This document shows positions 41,261 through 52,388 of a stretch of 64,000 bases of DNA, one piece after another. Source of the stretch: Gemmatimonadales bacterium (lineage in GTDB: Bacteria > Gemmatimonadota > Gemmatimonadetes > Gemmatimonadales > GWC2-71-9). The stretch covers positions 2,784,001 through 2,848,000 of the forward strand of contig OZ252244.1 in the NCBI GenBank assembly GCA_965249575.1. The letters run 5' to 3'. The position numbers were made by a program, and so were the translations under genes. The notes under the pieces are model-generated. The model had not been told where the DNA came from. It worked only from the letters and a program-made list of their open reading frames with translations, and did not search any database. The first letter of the stretch is position 1. Every line of letters starts with the position of its first letter.

Positions 41261-42726
41261 GCCTCGCGATAGCCTCTGGCAGGCCAACTCCGACTGATCG
41301 TTCGATCGGAGTCGGGGTGCGGCACGCCACCATACTGCTCCAGTTACTCACGGCGGTGCCCGCCTCGGCGATGCAGCAGAGAAATCTCTCACCCGCCGTG
41401 CGCGAGTACGTGCGAGTCGACACTGTGATCGTCGCGCTGACGCACGTGCGGATTATCGACGGAACCGGCGCTCCCGCGGTCGACGATCAGACGATCGTGA
41501 TCGAGGGCGAGCGCATCATCGCCGTCGGTGACGCCGCCACGACGCCCGTTCCCGGTGGGGCGCTCGTGCTCGACCTGCCAGGCCACACCGTGATCCCGGG
41601 TCTCGTCGGAATGCACGATCACATCTTCTACCCCTCGGGTGGCCGGGGCCGCCAGCGGAACCAGCTCTACTACAGCGCGCCGCGTCTGTACCTCGCGTCG
41701 GGTGTGACGAGTATCCGGACGACGGGCAGCTACCAGCCGTTTTCCGATCTCAACCTCAAACAATCGATCGATGTTGGTGAGGTCCCGGGACCGAAGATGC
41801 ACATTACCGGTCCCTATCTCGATCACGTTCGCGGCCGGGTGGATGGTGCTGGCGACGCGCGGCGGCTGGTGAGCTACTGGGCGGAAGAGGGTGTGACCTC
41901 GTTCAAGGCCTACCAGCTCCTGACTCGCGCCGAGCTCGCCGCGGCAATCGACGAAGCCCACAAACGGGGGATCAAGGTCACCGGGCATTTGTGCTCGATA
42001 GGGTTCCGGGAAGCAGCGGCGCTCGGAATCGACAACCTCGAGCACGGCTTTCTCACGAACAGCGAGTGGGACCCGGACAAGGCCCCGGATGTCTGTCCGC
42101 AAGGCTTCCGGCTCAAGCTGGCCGAAGTTGAAGTCGAGAGCGAGCCGGTCCAAGCAACGATTCGCGAGCTCGTCGAGCGGGGCGTCGCGATCACGTCGAC
42201 GCTCGCGGTGCATGAGTGCAGCGTGCCCAATCGTCCCCCCCTCCAGCAACGATTCCTCGACGCCCTGGCCCCGGCGACTCGTGCGGGATACCTCACTCGG
42301 CGGGCCCAGACGGCGGACGATCCGGCAAACGCGATCTACGCCGTGCTGCTCCGGAAGGCGATGGAATTCGAGCGTGCCTTTGTACAAGCCGGGGGGCACC
42401 TGATGATGGGGCTGGACCCGACCGGAGGTGGATGCGCCCTACAGGGCTTCGGAGATCAGCGTGGTGTTCAGTTGCTGGTCGCGGCTGGCTTCCGCCCTGT
42501 GGAGGCCATCAGGATCGCGAGCGCCCACGGGGCGGAATTCCTGGGAGAAGGCGCGCGAACCGGTACGGTTACTGCGGGGAAGCAGGCCGACCTCGTGATC
42601 ATCGAGGGGGACCCGTCGACGAACATCGCCGACATAGAGAATGTGACGCTTGTCTTCAAGGATGGTGTTGGCTACGACTCGGCCAAACTGATCGCCTCCG
42701 TGCAAGGCAGCGCCGGGTTGAACTAA
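41257..42726 (+). CDS. Amidohydrolase family protein
   Basis: IPGLVGMHDH, KVTGHL, IDNLEHG, GKQADLV; ATGA overlap. Confidence 0.9.
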   Translation: MSLAIASGRPTPTDRSIGVGVRHATILLQLLTAVPASAMQQRNLSPAVREYVRVDTVIVALTHVRIIDGTGAPAVDDQTIVIEGERIIAVGDAATTPVPGGALVLDLPGHTVIPGLVGMHDHIFYPSGGRGRQRNQLYYSAPRLYLASGVTSIRTTGSYQPFSDLNLKQSIDVGEVPGPKMHITGPYLDHVRGRVDGAGDARRLVSYWAEEGVTSFKAYQLLTRAELAAAIDEAHKRGIKVTGHLCSIGFREAAALGIDNLEHGFLTNSEWDPDKAPDVCPQGFRLKLAEVEVESEPVQATIRELVERGVAITSTLAVHECSVPNRPPLQQRFLDALAPATRAGYLTRRAQTADDPANAIYAVLLRKAMEFERAFVQAGGHLMMGLDPTGGGCALQGFGDQRGVQLLVAAGFRPVEAIRIASAHGAEFLGEGARTGTVTAGKQADLVIIEGDPSTNIADIENVTLVFKDGVGYDSAKLIASVQGSAGLN

Positions 42727-42787
42727 GGGCTCGGGGCCGCGAGAGCTTGTGCGCCCCAACGATAACCGCTGCCGTGGAGACCTGTTG

Positions 42788-44230
42788 ATGGCCGGAGTCG
42801 CGCGCTCTGCACCGAGTCACATCGCCTCTGTCTTGTTCGTATCGCTGCAGCTGGCCGGCCCGGGCTCGGTACAGGCCCAGCAGCAGATGATCGTGCTGCG
42901 AGGTGGATGGTTGATCGATGGCGTTCGGGACGAGGCCGTCCCCAATATCGGGATCGTCGTGAAGGGAGGAAAGCTCCTCGAGGTCGGGGCCGACCTTACC
43001 GGCCGCGATCTCTCGGGCGCCCGAGTCATCGATCTCGAAGAAACCGACTACATCCTCCCCGGGCTGTTCGACCTGCATGCGCATTACGAGGTGGAGTTGT
43101 TCGGGAGTGGCCGCGTCGACGAGCTCGAAGTCAATCCGGTCGTGTACCTGGCCAACGGGGTGACGACAACGTTCACCGCTGGCGAGTCCAACCCTGACCG
43201 GATAATGGAGGCGAAGAAGCGAATCGATACCGGATTCCAGGTCGGGCCGCGCATCCTCAGCGCCGGCTTGCGGGTGGGTGTCGGCCGGCAGGGCCGCCTG
43301 CGAGTCGATGCGACGGTCCAGGACATCTACGACGAGGTCGACTACTGGGTGGCCCGCGGCGTTGGCGGCTTCAAGGCCAAAAGCATCCGCCCGGAGCACC
43401 TGCAGGCGCTCATCGACCGGGCGCACCTGCACGGCCTGACCGTGACCGGTCACCTGAGCTCCGGATATCTGAACACGGTCAACCCCCGTGATGCGATCCT
43501 CATGGGTATCGACCGAATCGAGCACTTCCTCGGAGGCGACGCCTTTGCGCCCGATGTCGATCCCTACGTCTCGTTGGCGCGGATCGACACTGCGACCACC
43601 GAGTTCCGGGACATCGTCGAGCTGTTCATCAGGCACCGAGTTCATTTCAACCCCACCACCCGGGCGTTCGGATACATCGGGAGTCGCGGCCCGGGATTCG
43701 AGCAGTGGGTGGATGAGCGGAAGCTCTACACTCCCTACGTTCAGGAGCTTGCCGGCCTCAATGCGGCCATGCGACAGGGCTCGGCGAGATTCGATTCGAT
43801 TCAGACCGTCGCGCGGGCGACGGTCAAGGCATTCTACGACGCTGGCGGGCAGGATCTAATCGGCCTCGGCACCGACACGCCCGGGAGGGGGGAGTATCTG
43901 GCGGGATTCATGGTGCACCGGGAGCTCGAGGCCTTTGTCCTGGCCGGCATATCGCCTGCAGCTGCTATCAAATTCGCCACGATCAACGGCGCGCGAGCCC
44001 TCAACCTGAGCGACCAGCAGGGCTCTATCGAGTCGGGGAAGTTCGCCGATTTGTTCGTTACCAAGGGGAATCCCCTCGACGACATTCGCAACACGCGCAA
44101 TGTCCACACCGTGATGAAATCCGGAACGATATACGACACGAAGGCGCTTCTGGAATCGGTGACCGGAAAACTCGGCCCGGAAGGTCCCGAGGACGCACAC
44201 GAGTGGAGCCCTGCCAAGCGAACGGAGTGA
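42788..44230 (+). CDS. Amidohydrolase family protein
   Basis: LPGLFDLHAH, TVTGHL, IDRIEH, LGTD, GKFADL. Confidence 0.9.
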   Translation: MAGVARSAPSHIASVLFVSLQLAGPGSVQAQQQMIVLRGGWLIDGVRDEAVPNIGIVVKGGKLLEVGADLTGRDLSGARVIDLEETDYILPGLFDLHAHYEVELFGSGRVDELEVNPVVYLANGVTTTFTAGESNPDRIMEAKKRIDTGFQVGPRILSAGLRVGVGRQGRLRVDATVQDIYDEVDYWVARGVGGFKAKSIRPEHLQALIDRAHLHGLTVTGHLSSGYLNTVNPRDAILMGIDRIEHFLGGDAFAPDVDPYVSLARIDTATTEFRDIVELFIRHRVHFNPTTRAFGYIGSRGPGFEQWVDERKLYTPYVQELAGLNAAMRQGSARFDSIQTVARATVKAFYDAGGQDLIGLGTDTPGRGEYLAGFMVHRELEAFVLAGISPAAAIKFATINGARALNLSDQQGSIESGKFADLFVTKGNPLDDIRNTRNVHTVMKSGTIYDTKALLESVTGKLGPEGPEDAHEWSPAKRTE

Positions 44231-44420
44231 GTTTCCCGGCCCCCCCCCGGGCGCTTGGCACGCAGGAGAGAGGCCGGCCAGGAGAGAGGCCGGCGCGGCG
44301 GGGTCGGATGGGCGGGGCTTGCGGGTCCCATGCCCGGCCGTAGGTTGGTTATCAGTGATTGCCGTTGGACAACCTGTAGACTCCGCTCGGCCGCGCCGGC
44401 GGTGAGGTTCTGGTAGCATA

Positions 44421-46109
44421 GTGAACCCTCGATTCGGTCTTTCCGTAGCAAGCACGGCAGCCCTCCTCCTTTCGGCCGGGCAAGCGACCGCCCAGCAGAC
44501 CGAGCTCCGCCACTACGCGGTAATCGCACCGCATGGCATGGCGACCACTCTCCATCCGCTCGCGACCCAAACCGCGCTCGATGTTCTGAAGAGTGGTGGC
44601 AACGCCATCGACGCGGTGATCGCGGCGAACGCGGCAACAGGAGTCCTTCTGCCAAGTGGAAACGGTATTGGCGGGGACCTCTTCGCGATCGTGTGGTCGG
44701 CCCGGGACGGAAAGCTGTACGGCCTGAACGCCAGCGGCCGGTCACCTCGGGGTCTCTCCCTCGAACAGCTACGGAGGGAGGTCGGTGAGAGTCCGACGAT
44801 CCCCCGCGTGGGACCGCTTTCCATCTCCGTGCCCGGTGCCGTGGACGGCTGGTTTGAGTTGCACCGGCGCTTTGGCTCACGACCCATGACGGAACTGCTG
44901 GCGCCCGCGATCCGATTCGCTCGCCGCGGTGCCCCAGGACGAGGGTGGTCGCCGTCTGAGGCACTCCAGGCGCAGCCCGGCTTCGCGGCGCACTTCCTCC
45001 CGGAGGGGAAGGGACCTCGGCCCGGAGAGAAATTCCGGCGGCCGGAGCTGGCAAAGACGCTGGAGATGATCGTCGCCGGTGGCCGAGACGCGTATTACCG
45101 AGGCGAGATCGCGCGGACGATCGACCGCTTTTGCCGTCGAGTCGGATGCCATCTCCGGTATGAGGACCTCGCCGCTCACGAGTCTGAGTGGGTGGAGCCG
45201 ATCGGCGTGGAGTTCGCCGGTTACACCCTGTGGGAGTTGCCACACAACACGCAGGGCTTGGCCGCTCTGCAAATGCTCAGGCTCCTGGAACCGTACGACC
45301 TGAAGTCGATGGGCCTGAACAGCCCGGAGTATCTGCATCATCTCATCGAGGCAAAGAAGATCGCATTCGAAGACCGGGGCCGATTCTACGCCGATCCGCA
45401 GTTTGCGGACATACCCATCCGCGAGCTTCTCACGGACGCGTACACTAAGCGCCGCCGGCGCCTGTTCGATCCCGCCAAGGCTGGACTGACCTTCCCCATT
45501 GAGGATCCACGGATCAACCAGACGGAAACCACGTACATGGCCATCGGCGACTCCAGCGGCAACATGGTGTCGTTGATCCAGAGCAACTACGCGGGGTTCG
45601 GCAGCGGCTTCGTTCCAGACGGACTCGGGTTCGGCTTTCAGAACCGCGGGGCTCTCTTTGCCCTGGAGGATGGCCACCCCAACGTCTTCGAGCCGGGAAA
45701 GCGCCCGTTTCACACCATCATTCCGGGGTTCATCACAAAAGACGGGAAGCCGCACATGGCCTTCGGGTCGACCGGCGGCGACATGCAACCACAGGTACAC
45801 GTCCAAGTGTTCCTGAACCACGTGCTGTTCGGGATGGACGTTCAGGAGGCCGGCAACGTGCCCCGCTGGCGTCACTATGGGTCGACGGCTCCAACGGGAG
45901 GCGCGGCGATGACTGATGGAGGGTGCGTCGTCGTCGAGTCGGGGATTCCGGAGGATACTCGAGGGAGCCTCCGTACCTTCGGCCACACCTTCTGCGAAGG
46001 TAGCCCACTGGTCGGCGGTCGGTACATGGCTGTGATGTGGGATGGAGAGAACGGTGTCTATTGGGGAGCCTCGGAGCCTCGGGATGCCGGGCAGGCTTCC
46101 GGTTGGTGA
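44421..46109 (+). CDS. ggt: Gamma-glutamyltransferase (secreted)
   Basis: GGNAIDA, GIGGDLF, ETTY nucleophile region, FQNRG, PGKRPFHTIIP. Confidence 0.92.
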   Translation: MNPRFGLSVASTAALLLSAGQATAQQTELRHYAVIAPHGMATTLHPLATQTALDVLKSGGNAIDAVIAANAATGVLLPSGNGIGGDLFAIVWSARDGKLYGLNASGRSPRGLSLEQLRREVGESPTIPRVGPLSISVPGAVDGWFELHRRFGSRPMTELLAPAIRFARRGAPGRGWSPSEALQAQPGFAAHFLPEGKGPRPGEKFRRPELAKTLEMIVAGGRDAYYRGEIARTIDRFCRRVGCHLRYEDLAAHESEWVEPIGVEFAGYTLWELPHNTQGLAALQMLRLLEPYDLKSMGLNSPEYLHHLIEAKKIAFEDRGRFYADPQFADIPIRELLTDAYTKRRRRLFDPAKAGLTFPIEDPRINQTETTYMAIGDSSGNMVSLIQSNYAGFGSGFVPDGLGFGFQNRGALFALEDGHPNVFEPGKRPFHTIIPGFITKDGKPHMAFGSTGGDMQPQVHVQVFLNHVLFGMDVQEAGNVPRWRHYGSTAPTGGAAMTDGGCVVVESGIPEDTRGSLRTFGHTFCEGSPLVGGRYMAVMWDGENGVYWGASEPRDAGQASGW

Positions 46110-46305
46110 TCATCCAGGGCGGGCAGCACACCGCGCAGAGTGCGTCACAGGCAGATCGATTAGGGAGGAAACTCCACCGAAACCCCGTCCCCGATATCCC
46201 GCACCCATTGGCAGGCAACGCGGGGGCGGGGGCGGGGGCTGGCGATTCCTGACTGCGTTTGATCAGATCTGAGTACTGATCTATGACTCCATCTGGGAGG
46301 CGTTC

Positions 46306-49230
46306 ATGACGACTTGGCTAGCGTATCACGAACGGGGTGACGCGGTTCCGAAGTGGATGGTGCGAGCGTCGTTCACCCTGCTGCTCTTGGGTGTCGCCTA
46401 CGGTTTGGGCGCCACCACGGCCACAGCCCAGCAGACCGGGAGCGTTTCGGGAACCGTGGTGGAGGAGCAAACCCAGTCCGGCCTGCCGAGCGTAGAGGTC
46501 CTCGTGGTCGGGACCCAGCTTGTTACGCTCACCGCGGCCGACGGTAGCTTCGTGCTGCAGGGTGTACCGACTGGAACGCATGAGATCCGCGCCCGGCGCA
46601 TCGGCTACAGGCCCGCGACGCAGACTGTGCGGATTCGGTCCGGGCAGATTGCGGAGTTGAAGTTCGACGTTGGACGCGAGGTGTTGGCGCTCGACGCAAT
46701 CGTGGTGACCGGAACGGCCGGGGCCGCTCGACGCCGTGAATTGGGCAACACGATCTCGCAGATCAACGTCGCAGATGTGCGGGAGCCCACCGTCTCCCTC
46801 GACAACCTGTTGCAGGGGAAGGTGGCCGGTCTGACGGTGAATGAGGGAGCCGCTGGCTTGGCGTCCGGGGCGCAGATCCGGCTGCGGGGCAACATCAGCG
46901 TTGCCATGAGCAACCAGCCGCTTCTCTATATCGACGGCGTGCGGGTTCGCAGCGACGGGTATCCCATCAACGCGCCGACCACCCAGTGCTCGTGTCAGAG
47001 CAACAACGACACACCGAGCCCGCTCAACGATCTGAACCCGGCAGACATCGAGCGGGTCGAGATCATCAAGGGACCGGCGGCAACCACTCTCTATGGGACG
47101 GAAGCTGCCGCGGGTGTCATCCAGGTCTTCACCAAGCGGGGGAGGGTTGGCAGCCCGGTCTGGACGCTTCAAACGACTCAGGGGCTGGGTCGCGTGCGGA
47201 AGTTCGGTCCGACCGAAGTTCCCATGTCGGGAATCGACCCGCGTCACTACGACGGGTACCTGGGGATGGATCGGTACCTGCGAACCGGCTGGTCCCAGAA
47301 CTACAGCCTCTCAGTGGGCGGAGGGACCGAGGCCGCTCGTTACTACCTATCCGGAGCCTTCGAGGATAACAAAGGGGTTCTGCCGCTAGACGACCAGCAG
47401 CGGGTCCTGGTTCGCGGGAACCTCGGCTTCAATCCCATGGAAAACATGAACGTTGAGTGGAGCACGTCATATACGGACGACGAGATCCAGAGCACTCCTG
47501 GCGGGACCAACGCCTTGGGACTCGTGGCGAACGTCTACCGCGCCCCGAACAACTTCCTGGGTGGCGGCTCGGTCGAGGAGCTGGACGAAACGTTGAAGTA
47601 CGAGATCACGGCCGACAACTCCCATTTCATCACGGGGTTGACCATCGCTCATACACCGACGTCTAACTTCTCCAACAAGCTCACCGTTGGGTACGACCGG
47701 GCGGAGACGAACCAGATACAGGACATCCCCTTCGGCTACCGGTATCGCCCGTTCGGGAGCCTGTATGACAGGCGTTGGCTCTCCGAAGCCCTGACGCTCG
47801 ACTACGTGGGAAACATCGAGATCGATCTGACGGACCAGCTCTCCTCGAAGTTCTCCTGGGGCGGGCAACACATCACCACGAACGAGTCGTGGCTCGAGGG
47901 GTACGGGGTCAACTTCCCCGGTCCCGGGAAGTTCACCGTGAGCGGCGCCGCCACCAAGTTGACATTCGGCGAGGAGCTGCGGGTGATCAACGCGGGGTTC
48001 TTCTTCCAGGACCTCATCGGCTTCAAGAACCGGTACTTCCTGACCGCGGGTCTGCGCGTCGACGGGAACAGCGCCTTCGGTGAGGATTTCGGCCTGCAGG
48101 CCTATCCGAAGGTAAGCGTGTCGTACGTCATGTCCGACGAGCCGTTTTGGCCGGCGAACCTGGGCCAGTTCAAGCTGCGCGCGGCTTATGGGCACGCCGG
48201 ACGAGCGCCCGGGGCGTTCGATGCTGTTCGTACGTGGTTCCCCGAAGCCTGGGGAAGCGCATCGGCGTTCATTCCGGGGAACGTTGGGGCGCCGGACCTG
48301 GGACCGGAGCGAACGGCAGAATTCGAGATCGGCTTCGAAGGCTCGTTCCTGGAGGGTCGTCTGACAGCCGATTTCACCCACTATCGGCGCAAGACATCGG
48401 ATGCGCTGTTCAACGTCACCCAGATTCCCACGAACGGATTTCTTTCGAGCCAGCTCGACAACGTCGGCAGCATTAGGAGCCGCGGCATCGAGCTGTCGGT
48501 CAACGCGTCCGTGCTGGAGGGGGAGCGGTTCTCCTGGCAGGTCTCCGGAACGATCTCCACGAACTACACGAAGGTCGAGGATCTCGGCGGCGCGGCATCG
48601 TTCCGCCTCGGCCGGGAAGGCTGGATCGATGTCGATCAGCCGATTCCGGTCATGCGTGGAACGCTCATCGAGAACCCCGACGCCGTCGCGGATCCCATAC
48701 TCACGCGGGATCACAATTTCGGCGCCAACCAGCCGACGCACGTGCTTGGTTTCTTCACCGCTGTCGGATTGCCCGGTGGCATTCAGGTGTCGGCGCGTGG
48801 AGAGTACTTCGGTGGGCACTATCTCTATGACCACCAGGCGAGGCGCGAGCAGCTCTCGGCGCGCGTTTGGCCGTTTTGCGACGAAGCCCGGGTGCTCATG
48901 GCGAATAATCAGCGCGACCAGCTGACGGCGCGCGAGAGAGCGCTTTGCGACAGGTCGGTCGCCCGGATCGACATGTTCATCTGGCCAGCGGATTTCTTCA
49001 AGTTCCGCGATCTCACGATATCGGTGCCGGTCACCCGGTTGATTCCGCGAACCAGCAGCGCGCAGTTCAGCCTATCCCTGAGAAACTTCTGGACGATAAC
49101 GAAGAGCGACTTCCTGGGAATCCAGCCGGAAGTGACCGGCGATGCCGGCTTGCACCAGTTCGTGCGATTCGTTCCCGAGAACGTGCCGCGGCCGATGCGG
49201 ATCGTGGGCTCGCTCAGGGTGACGTTGTGA
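46306..49230 (+). CDS. SusC/RagA-like TonB-dependent outer membrane receptor
   Basis: Carboxypeptidase-regulatory-like N-terminus, plug (IERVEIIKGPAATTLYGTEAAAGVIQVFTK), beta-barrel. Confidence 0.92.
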   Translation: MTTWLAYHERGDAVPKWMVRASFTLLLLGVAYGLGATTATAQQTGSVSGTVVEEQTQSGLPSVEVLVVGTQLVTLTAADGSFVLQGVPTGTHEIRARRIGYRPATQTVRIRSGQIAELKFDVGREVLALDAIVVTGTAGAARRRELGNTISQINVADVREPTVSLDNLLQGKVAGLTVNEGAAGLASGAQIRLRGNISVAMSNQPLLYIDGVRVRSDGYPINAPTTQCSCQSNNDTPSPLNDLNPADIERVEIIKGPAATTLYGTEAAAGVIQVFTKRGRVGSPVWTLQTTQGLGRVRKFGPTEVPMSGIDPRHYDGYLGMDRYLRTGWSQNYSLSVGGGTEAARYYLSGAFEDNKGVLPLDDQQRVLVRGNLGFNPMENMNVEWSTSYTDDEIQSTPGGTNALGLVANVYRAPNNFLGGGSVEELDETLKYEITADNSHFITGLTIAHTPTSNFSNKLTVGYDRAETNQIQDIPFGYRYRPFGSLYDRRWLSEALTLDYVGNIEIDLTDQLSSKFSWGGQHITTNESWLEGYGVNFPGPGKFTVSGAATKLTFGEELRVINAGFFFQDLIGFKNRYFLTAGLRVDGNSAFGEDFGLQAYPKVSVSYVMSDEPFWPANLGQFKLRAAYGHAGRAPGAFDAVRTWFPEAWGSASAFIPGNVGAPDLGPERTAEFEIGFEGSFLEGRLTADFTHYRRKTSDALFNVTQIPTNGFLSSQLDNVGSIRSRGIELSVNASVLEGERFSWQVSGTISTNYTKVEDLGGAASFRLGREGWIDVDQPIPVMRGTLIENPDAVADPILTRDHNFGANQPTHVLGFFTAVGLPGGIQVSARGEYFGGHYLYDHQARREQLSARVWPFCDEARVLMANNQRDQLTARERALCDRSVARIDMFIWPADFFKFRDLTISVPVTRLIPRTSSAQFSLSLRNFWTITKSDFLGIQPEVTGDAGLHQFVRFVPENVPRPMRIVGSLRVTL

Positions 49231-49295
49231 TGGTGAGCCGTCGTGTACCACCACGACTCACAGGTCGGGAACCTTCGTTCTTGGGGACAATAACC

Positions 49296-50564
49296 ATGGA
49301 CATAGACAAGAGCTGCAGAGAATCCACCCTTCGCGGGCGGCGACCCATCGCGTTGCTTGCCGCATGCGTGCTGGTTGCAGGATGTGACTTCACCGTCACG
49401 AATCCGGGTCCCGTGCAAGACGAGTTTCTCACTGATCCGATAGCCCACGATGCCCTGGTGAACGGGGCCGAGAAGCGATTGTCGCAAGCACTGGGTCGGA
49501 TGGCCCATCACGTGGGCGCCCTCACATTCGAAATCACCGCTTCTGGCCTGGTTGGCGGTGGGGCATTCGGGATCCCTCAACAAATCCGAGCCGGAAAATT
49601 GAACGACGAGGAAACAGAGCCTCACTGGGAAGAAGTGCAGCAGGCCCGTTGGATCGCCGAAGATGCCCTTCGACGCATGGAGCAGTCACTGGGGGCTTCC
49701 GGGCTGAATGCCTATGTGCCGGCGGCACGAGCGAATCTGTATGCGGGGTTTGCCAACCGCATATTAGGTGAGAACATGTGCCAAGCCGTATTCGACGGTG
49801 GAGCGGCCGCGGCCCATACCGCCTATTTCACGCGGGCCGAGCAGGCGTTCACTACCGCTATGTCGATTGCGACCGCCGCGAGTGAGGACGTAATGGCCAT
49901 GGCCGCGCAAGCGGGACGAGCCTCGGTCCGGGTCTCGCTCGGAGATTGGCCCGGGGCGATGCAAGATGCCGGGGCGATCCCGGCGGGCTTCGTCTTTCAG
50001 GCACAGTACTTCGGGACCGAGCAGGACCAGTACAACATCTTGGCCTGGGCCAACGCGAACCAACCACACCGATCCAATAGTGTGATAGGCACGTTCTACG
50101 AGAACTACTTTACTCAGACAGGCGATCCGCGCGCTGAGTGGGTCTCGGATCCCAACTTCCCGTTTGGTGGGCCTGCCCCCGAGGGGCAGGTTGTCTGGCT
50201 CCCCCCTCAGAAGTTCACGGGCATTGAGGACCCGATGAACCTCGTGAGCGAGCGGGAGATGCAGCTTATATTGGCGGAGGACCAGCTGATCGGTGGAAAC
50301 TGGATGCCGGCGGTGATGGCCATCGATCAGCTTAGGCAGGACGCAGGAGCTCCCGTGCTGTCACCTACGCCCACGACGAGCGATGAAGCGTGGACGGCGC
50401 TGAAACGGGAGCGGGGTATCGAGCTCCTACTGGAAGCCCGCCGGTTGGGCGACATGCGACGCTGGCTCGATGCGAACCGGCCGGGGGCGATCGAAGACAT
50501 GACCGAGCGCTCGTTGTGCTTCCCGATACCACGAAGCGAAAAGGATACCAATCCGAAGCTTTAG
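49296..50564 (+). CDS. SusD/RagB-like lipoprotein
   Basis: LVAGC lipobox; LILAE, ERGIELLLEARRLGDMRR, CFPIP..E..TNP; directly after SusC. Confidence 0.85.
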   Translation: MDIDKSCRESTLRGRRPIALLAACVLVAGCDFTVTNPGPVQDEFLTDPIAHDALVNGAEKRLSQALGRMAHHVGALTFEITASGLVGGGAFGIPQQIRAGKLNDEETEPHWEEVQQARWIAEDALRRMEQSLGASGLNAYVPAARANLYAGFANRILGENMCQAVFDGGAAAAHTAYFTRAEQAFTTAMSIATAASEDVMAMAAQAGRASVRVSLGDWPGAMQDAGAIPAGFVFQAQYFGTEQDQYNILAWANANQPHRSNSVIGTFYENYFTQTGDPRAEWVSDPNFPFGGPAPEGQVVWLPPQKFTGIEDPMNLVSEREMQLILAEDQLIGGNWMPAVMAIDQLRQDAGAPVLSPTPTTSDEAWTALKRERGIELLLEARRLGDMRRWLDANRPGAIEDMTERSLCFPIPRSEKDTNPKL

Positions 50565-50622
50565 CCTGCGCGGGCGAGAGCGCCCGTTCAAAAGAAACGG
50601 TGCCGCGGGGGGAGCACGGAGG

Positions 50623-51039
50623 GTGACGCTATCCGTGCTCTGCCTCGCGATTCCTCTGTGCGGCCCGAGTCTCGTCGGCGCACAGGAGAATCAGGGTACC
50701 GGTCGTGTGATCACGGGCGAGGAGATTCGCAAGAGCGGGACTGAGACCGTGTGGGATGCTCTGCGGTTCAAGGCTCCACACATCCTTTTCATTGAAGACG
50801 GACGGGGCGAACCCGATCGCATGGTACGGAGGGGACGCTCGACGCTGCATCTAAAGGAAGGGCCGTTGGTATTCGTCGACGGCGTGCGCCTGGTGGATAT
50901 CCGTACGCTCGCGCGCATGCCTGCCGAAGAGGTGGCAAGCATCGAAATTCTCAGCGGCATCGATGCGACGACGCGTTACGGAACCGACGCGGTCAGCGGC
51001 GTCATCCTGATCCACACCAAGCTGGGACGCTATCCGTAG
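50623..51039 (+). CDS. Stand-alone TonB plug-domain protein
   Basis: PLVFVDGV, IEILSGIDATTRYGT...GVILIHTK. Confidence 0.8.
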   Translation: MTLSVLCLAIPLCGPSLVGAQENQGTGRVITGEEIRKSGTETVWDALRFKAPHILFIEDGRGEPDRMVRRGRSTLHLKEGPLVFVDGVRLVDIRTLARMPAEEVASIEILSGIDATTRYGTDAVSGVILIHTKLGRYP

Positions 51040-51281
51040 GGCGCAGCCAGCGCGAACGCGGGGCCGGCGGTTAGACCGAGCGAGTCGCTACGCACGCGAC
51101 CCGAATAGATTCCCTGCTCGAGGTGTCACCGATCTCCCCGCCCAGCGACCGTGCGGCCGTCAACTCGCGCTGACGTTCTTATCGACTTGGCCGCTAAATC
51201 CTACAGGGCCCACTGTATCAATCAGCGAGTTACCTCCCCGTACCTCGCGCTTCTTCGCCGAAACTCACGTCTTCTAGAACC

Positions 51282-51320
51282 ATGTCCGAGATCACCACCC
51301 GGCTCTCTACCGCCCTCGCT
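51282..51320 (+). pseudogene. Ser/Thr kinase 5' stub (MSEITTRLSTALA)
   Basis: Matches the first 13 codons of the 59287 family. Confidence 0.7.
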
Positions 51321-51540
51321 CTCGTTTCCTGATAGATGTCCGGTTTCTTGCACCGTCTCAAGACCGCAATCATTGACCTTGGCACCGGTTGGTTGGAGTG
51401 ACGCGCTTCGCCCAGGTACGTGTGCCCAGCAAAGGATCGGAGACGCAGTGAACAAGGGCCGGCGTAGATGGCCTAGACGGTGCTGGGCGGGATGCGCCGT
51501 TGCGACGATCACTCACGCCTGACTAGATTGCCCTTTGCTC

Positions 51541-51861
51541 ATGCGAAGACAGACGCATCGCCTGCTGGCCATGGTACTCCTGGCCGCCACCACCGGCCTC
51601 AGAGCTGAGGCAGTGGTCGGTGTGTTGCGGGATGCCGACATACATCACGAAAGTCCCCAGGCCGCTGCCGGTCACCAAATGCCGGCGACACTGGGTGAAC
51701 ACGGACACGAACACAACACGCCCATATCGCAGCCACACGAGCACTCCCAAGGGCATGAGCACGGAACATCGACGGATCATTGCTCGCACGTGCACGGAGT
51801 CGGTGTGCCGTCGTATGGTACGGTCGACTTCACCTTGGCTATTTTTGATCCAAGTTGGTGA
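51541..51861 (+). CDS. His-rich small exported protein, probable heavy-metal efflux operon leader
   Basis: Signal-like N-terminus; EHGHEH..HEHSQGHEHG..DHCSHVHG; precedes a TolC fragment. Confidence 0.6.
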   Translation: MRRQTHRLLAMVLLAATTGLRAEAVVGVLRDADIHHESPQAAAGHQMPATLGEHGHEHNTPISQPHEHSQGHEHGTSTDHCSHVHGVGVPSYGTVDFTLAIFDPSW

Positions 51862-52019
51862 GGGGCTCCTCTCGGAGAGTTAGCGCGCTCAGTCCCCCGC
51901 CAAAAGCCTAGAACCTCCCGCATATAACTGGAACGCGAAGGCACCCGGTGGCGATCTGCCACTGGCATTAGTACGCGTTCCTGAGTGGTAACGTCCACGC
52001 GTCCGCAGAATTCGGCCCG

Positions 52020-52388
52020 CGTGCTCGCCCTGCCGGAATCCTCCGTTCCCCGCACGGCACCACTCCCGGCGCTCCCGCCGGTCCGTCTCGATGAGGCGGC
52101 CGTGCTTGCCATCGCGCGTCTGCGCCGGTCCGATCTCACCGCCTCGAATCTCATGGCACGCGCCGCGGGCCAGGACGTGACCGCTGCGCGGCTCGGTCTG
52201 GTGCCGAATCTGCTCCTGGGTGGCGTGCTCGGCCGAGAGGAGGGGAGCGACGACCTGCTGGGGTTCTCCATCGGGATCAGCATTCCGCTGTTCCACCGGC
52301 AGCAGGCGACCACCGGGGCGGCGCGGGCCGCGGCCGCAGCTGCTCGATCCGTTCACACGGCGACTGAGCGACGCGTGCTCGCGGAAGT
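52020..52388 (+). pseudogene. TolC/CzcC-like outer membrane efflux protein, internal fragment
   Basis: RRSDL.A...A..A....VPNL.LG...GFSIGISIPLFHRQQ. Confidence 0.65.

Noticed and set aside
44263..44294. 16-bp tandem duplication CAGGAGAGAGGCCGGC x2
   Set aside because: Isolated intergenic duplication with no further copies; likely slippage.
46221..46239. (GGGGGC)x3 as a G-quadruplex regulator of susC
   Set aside because: Only three G runs in a GC-rich genome; no supporting evidence.
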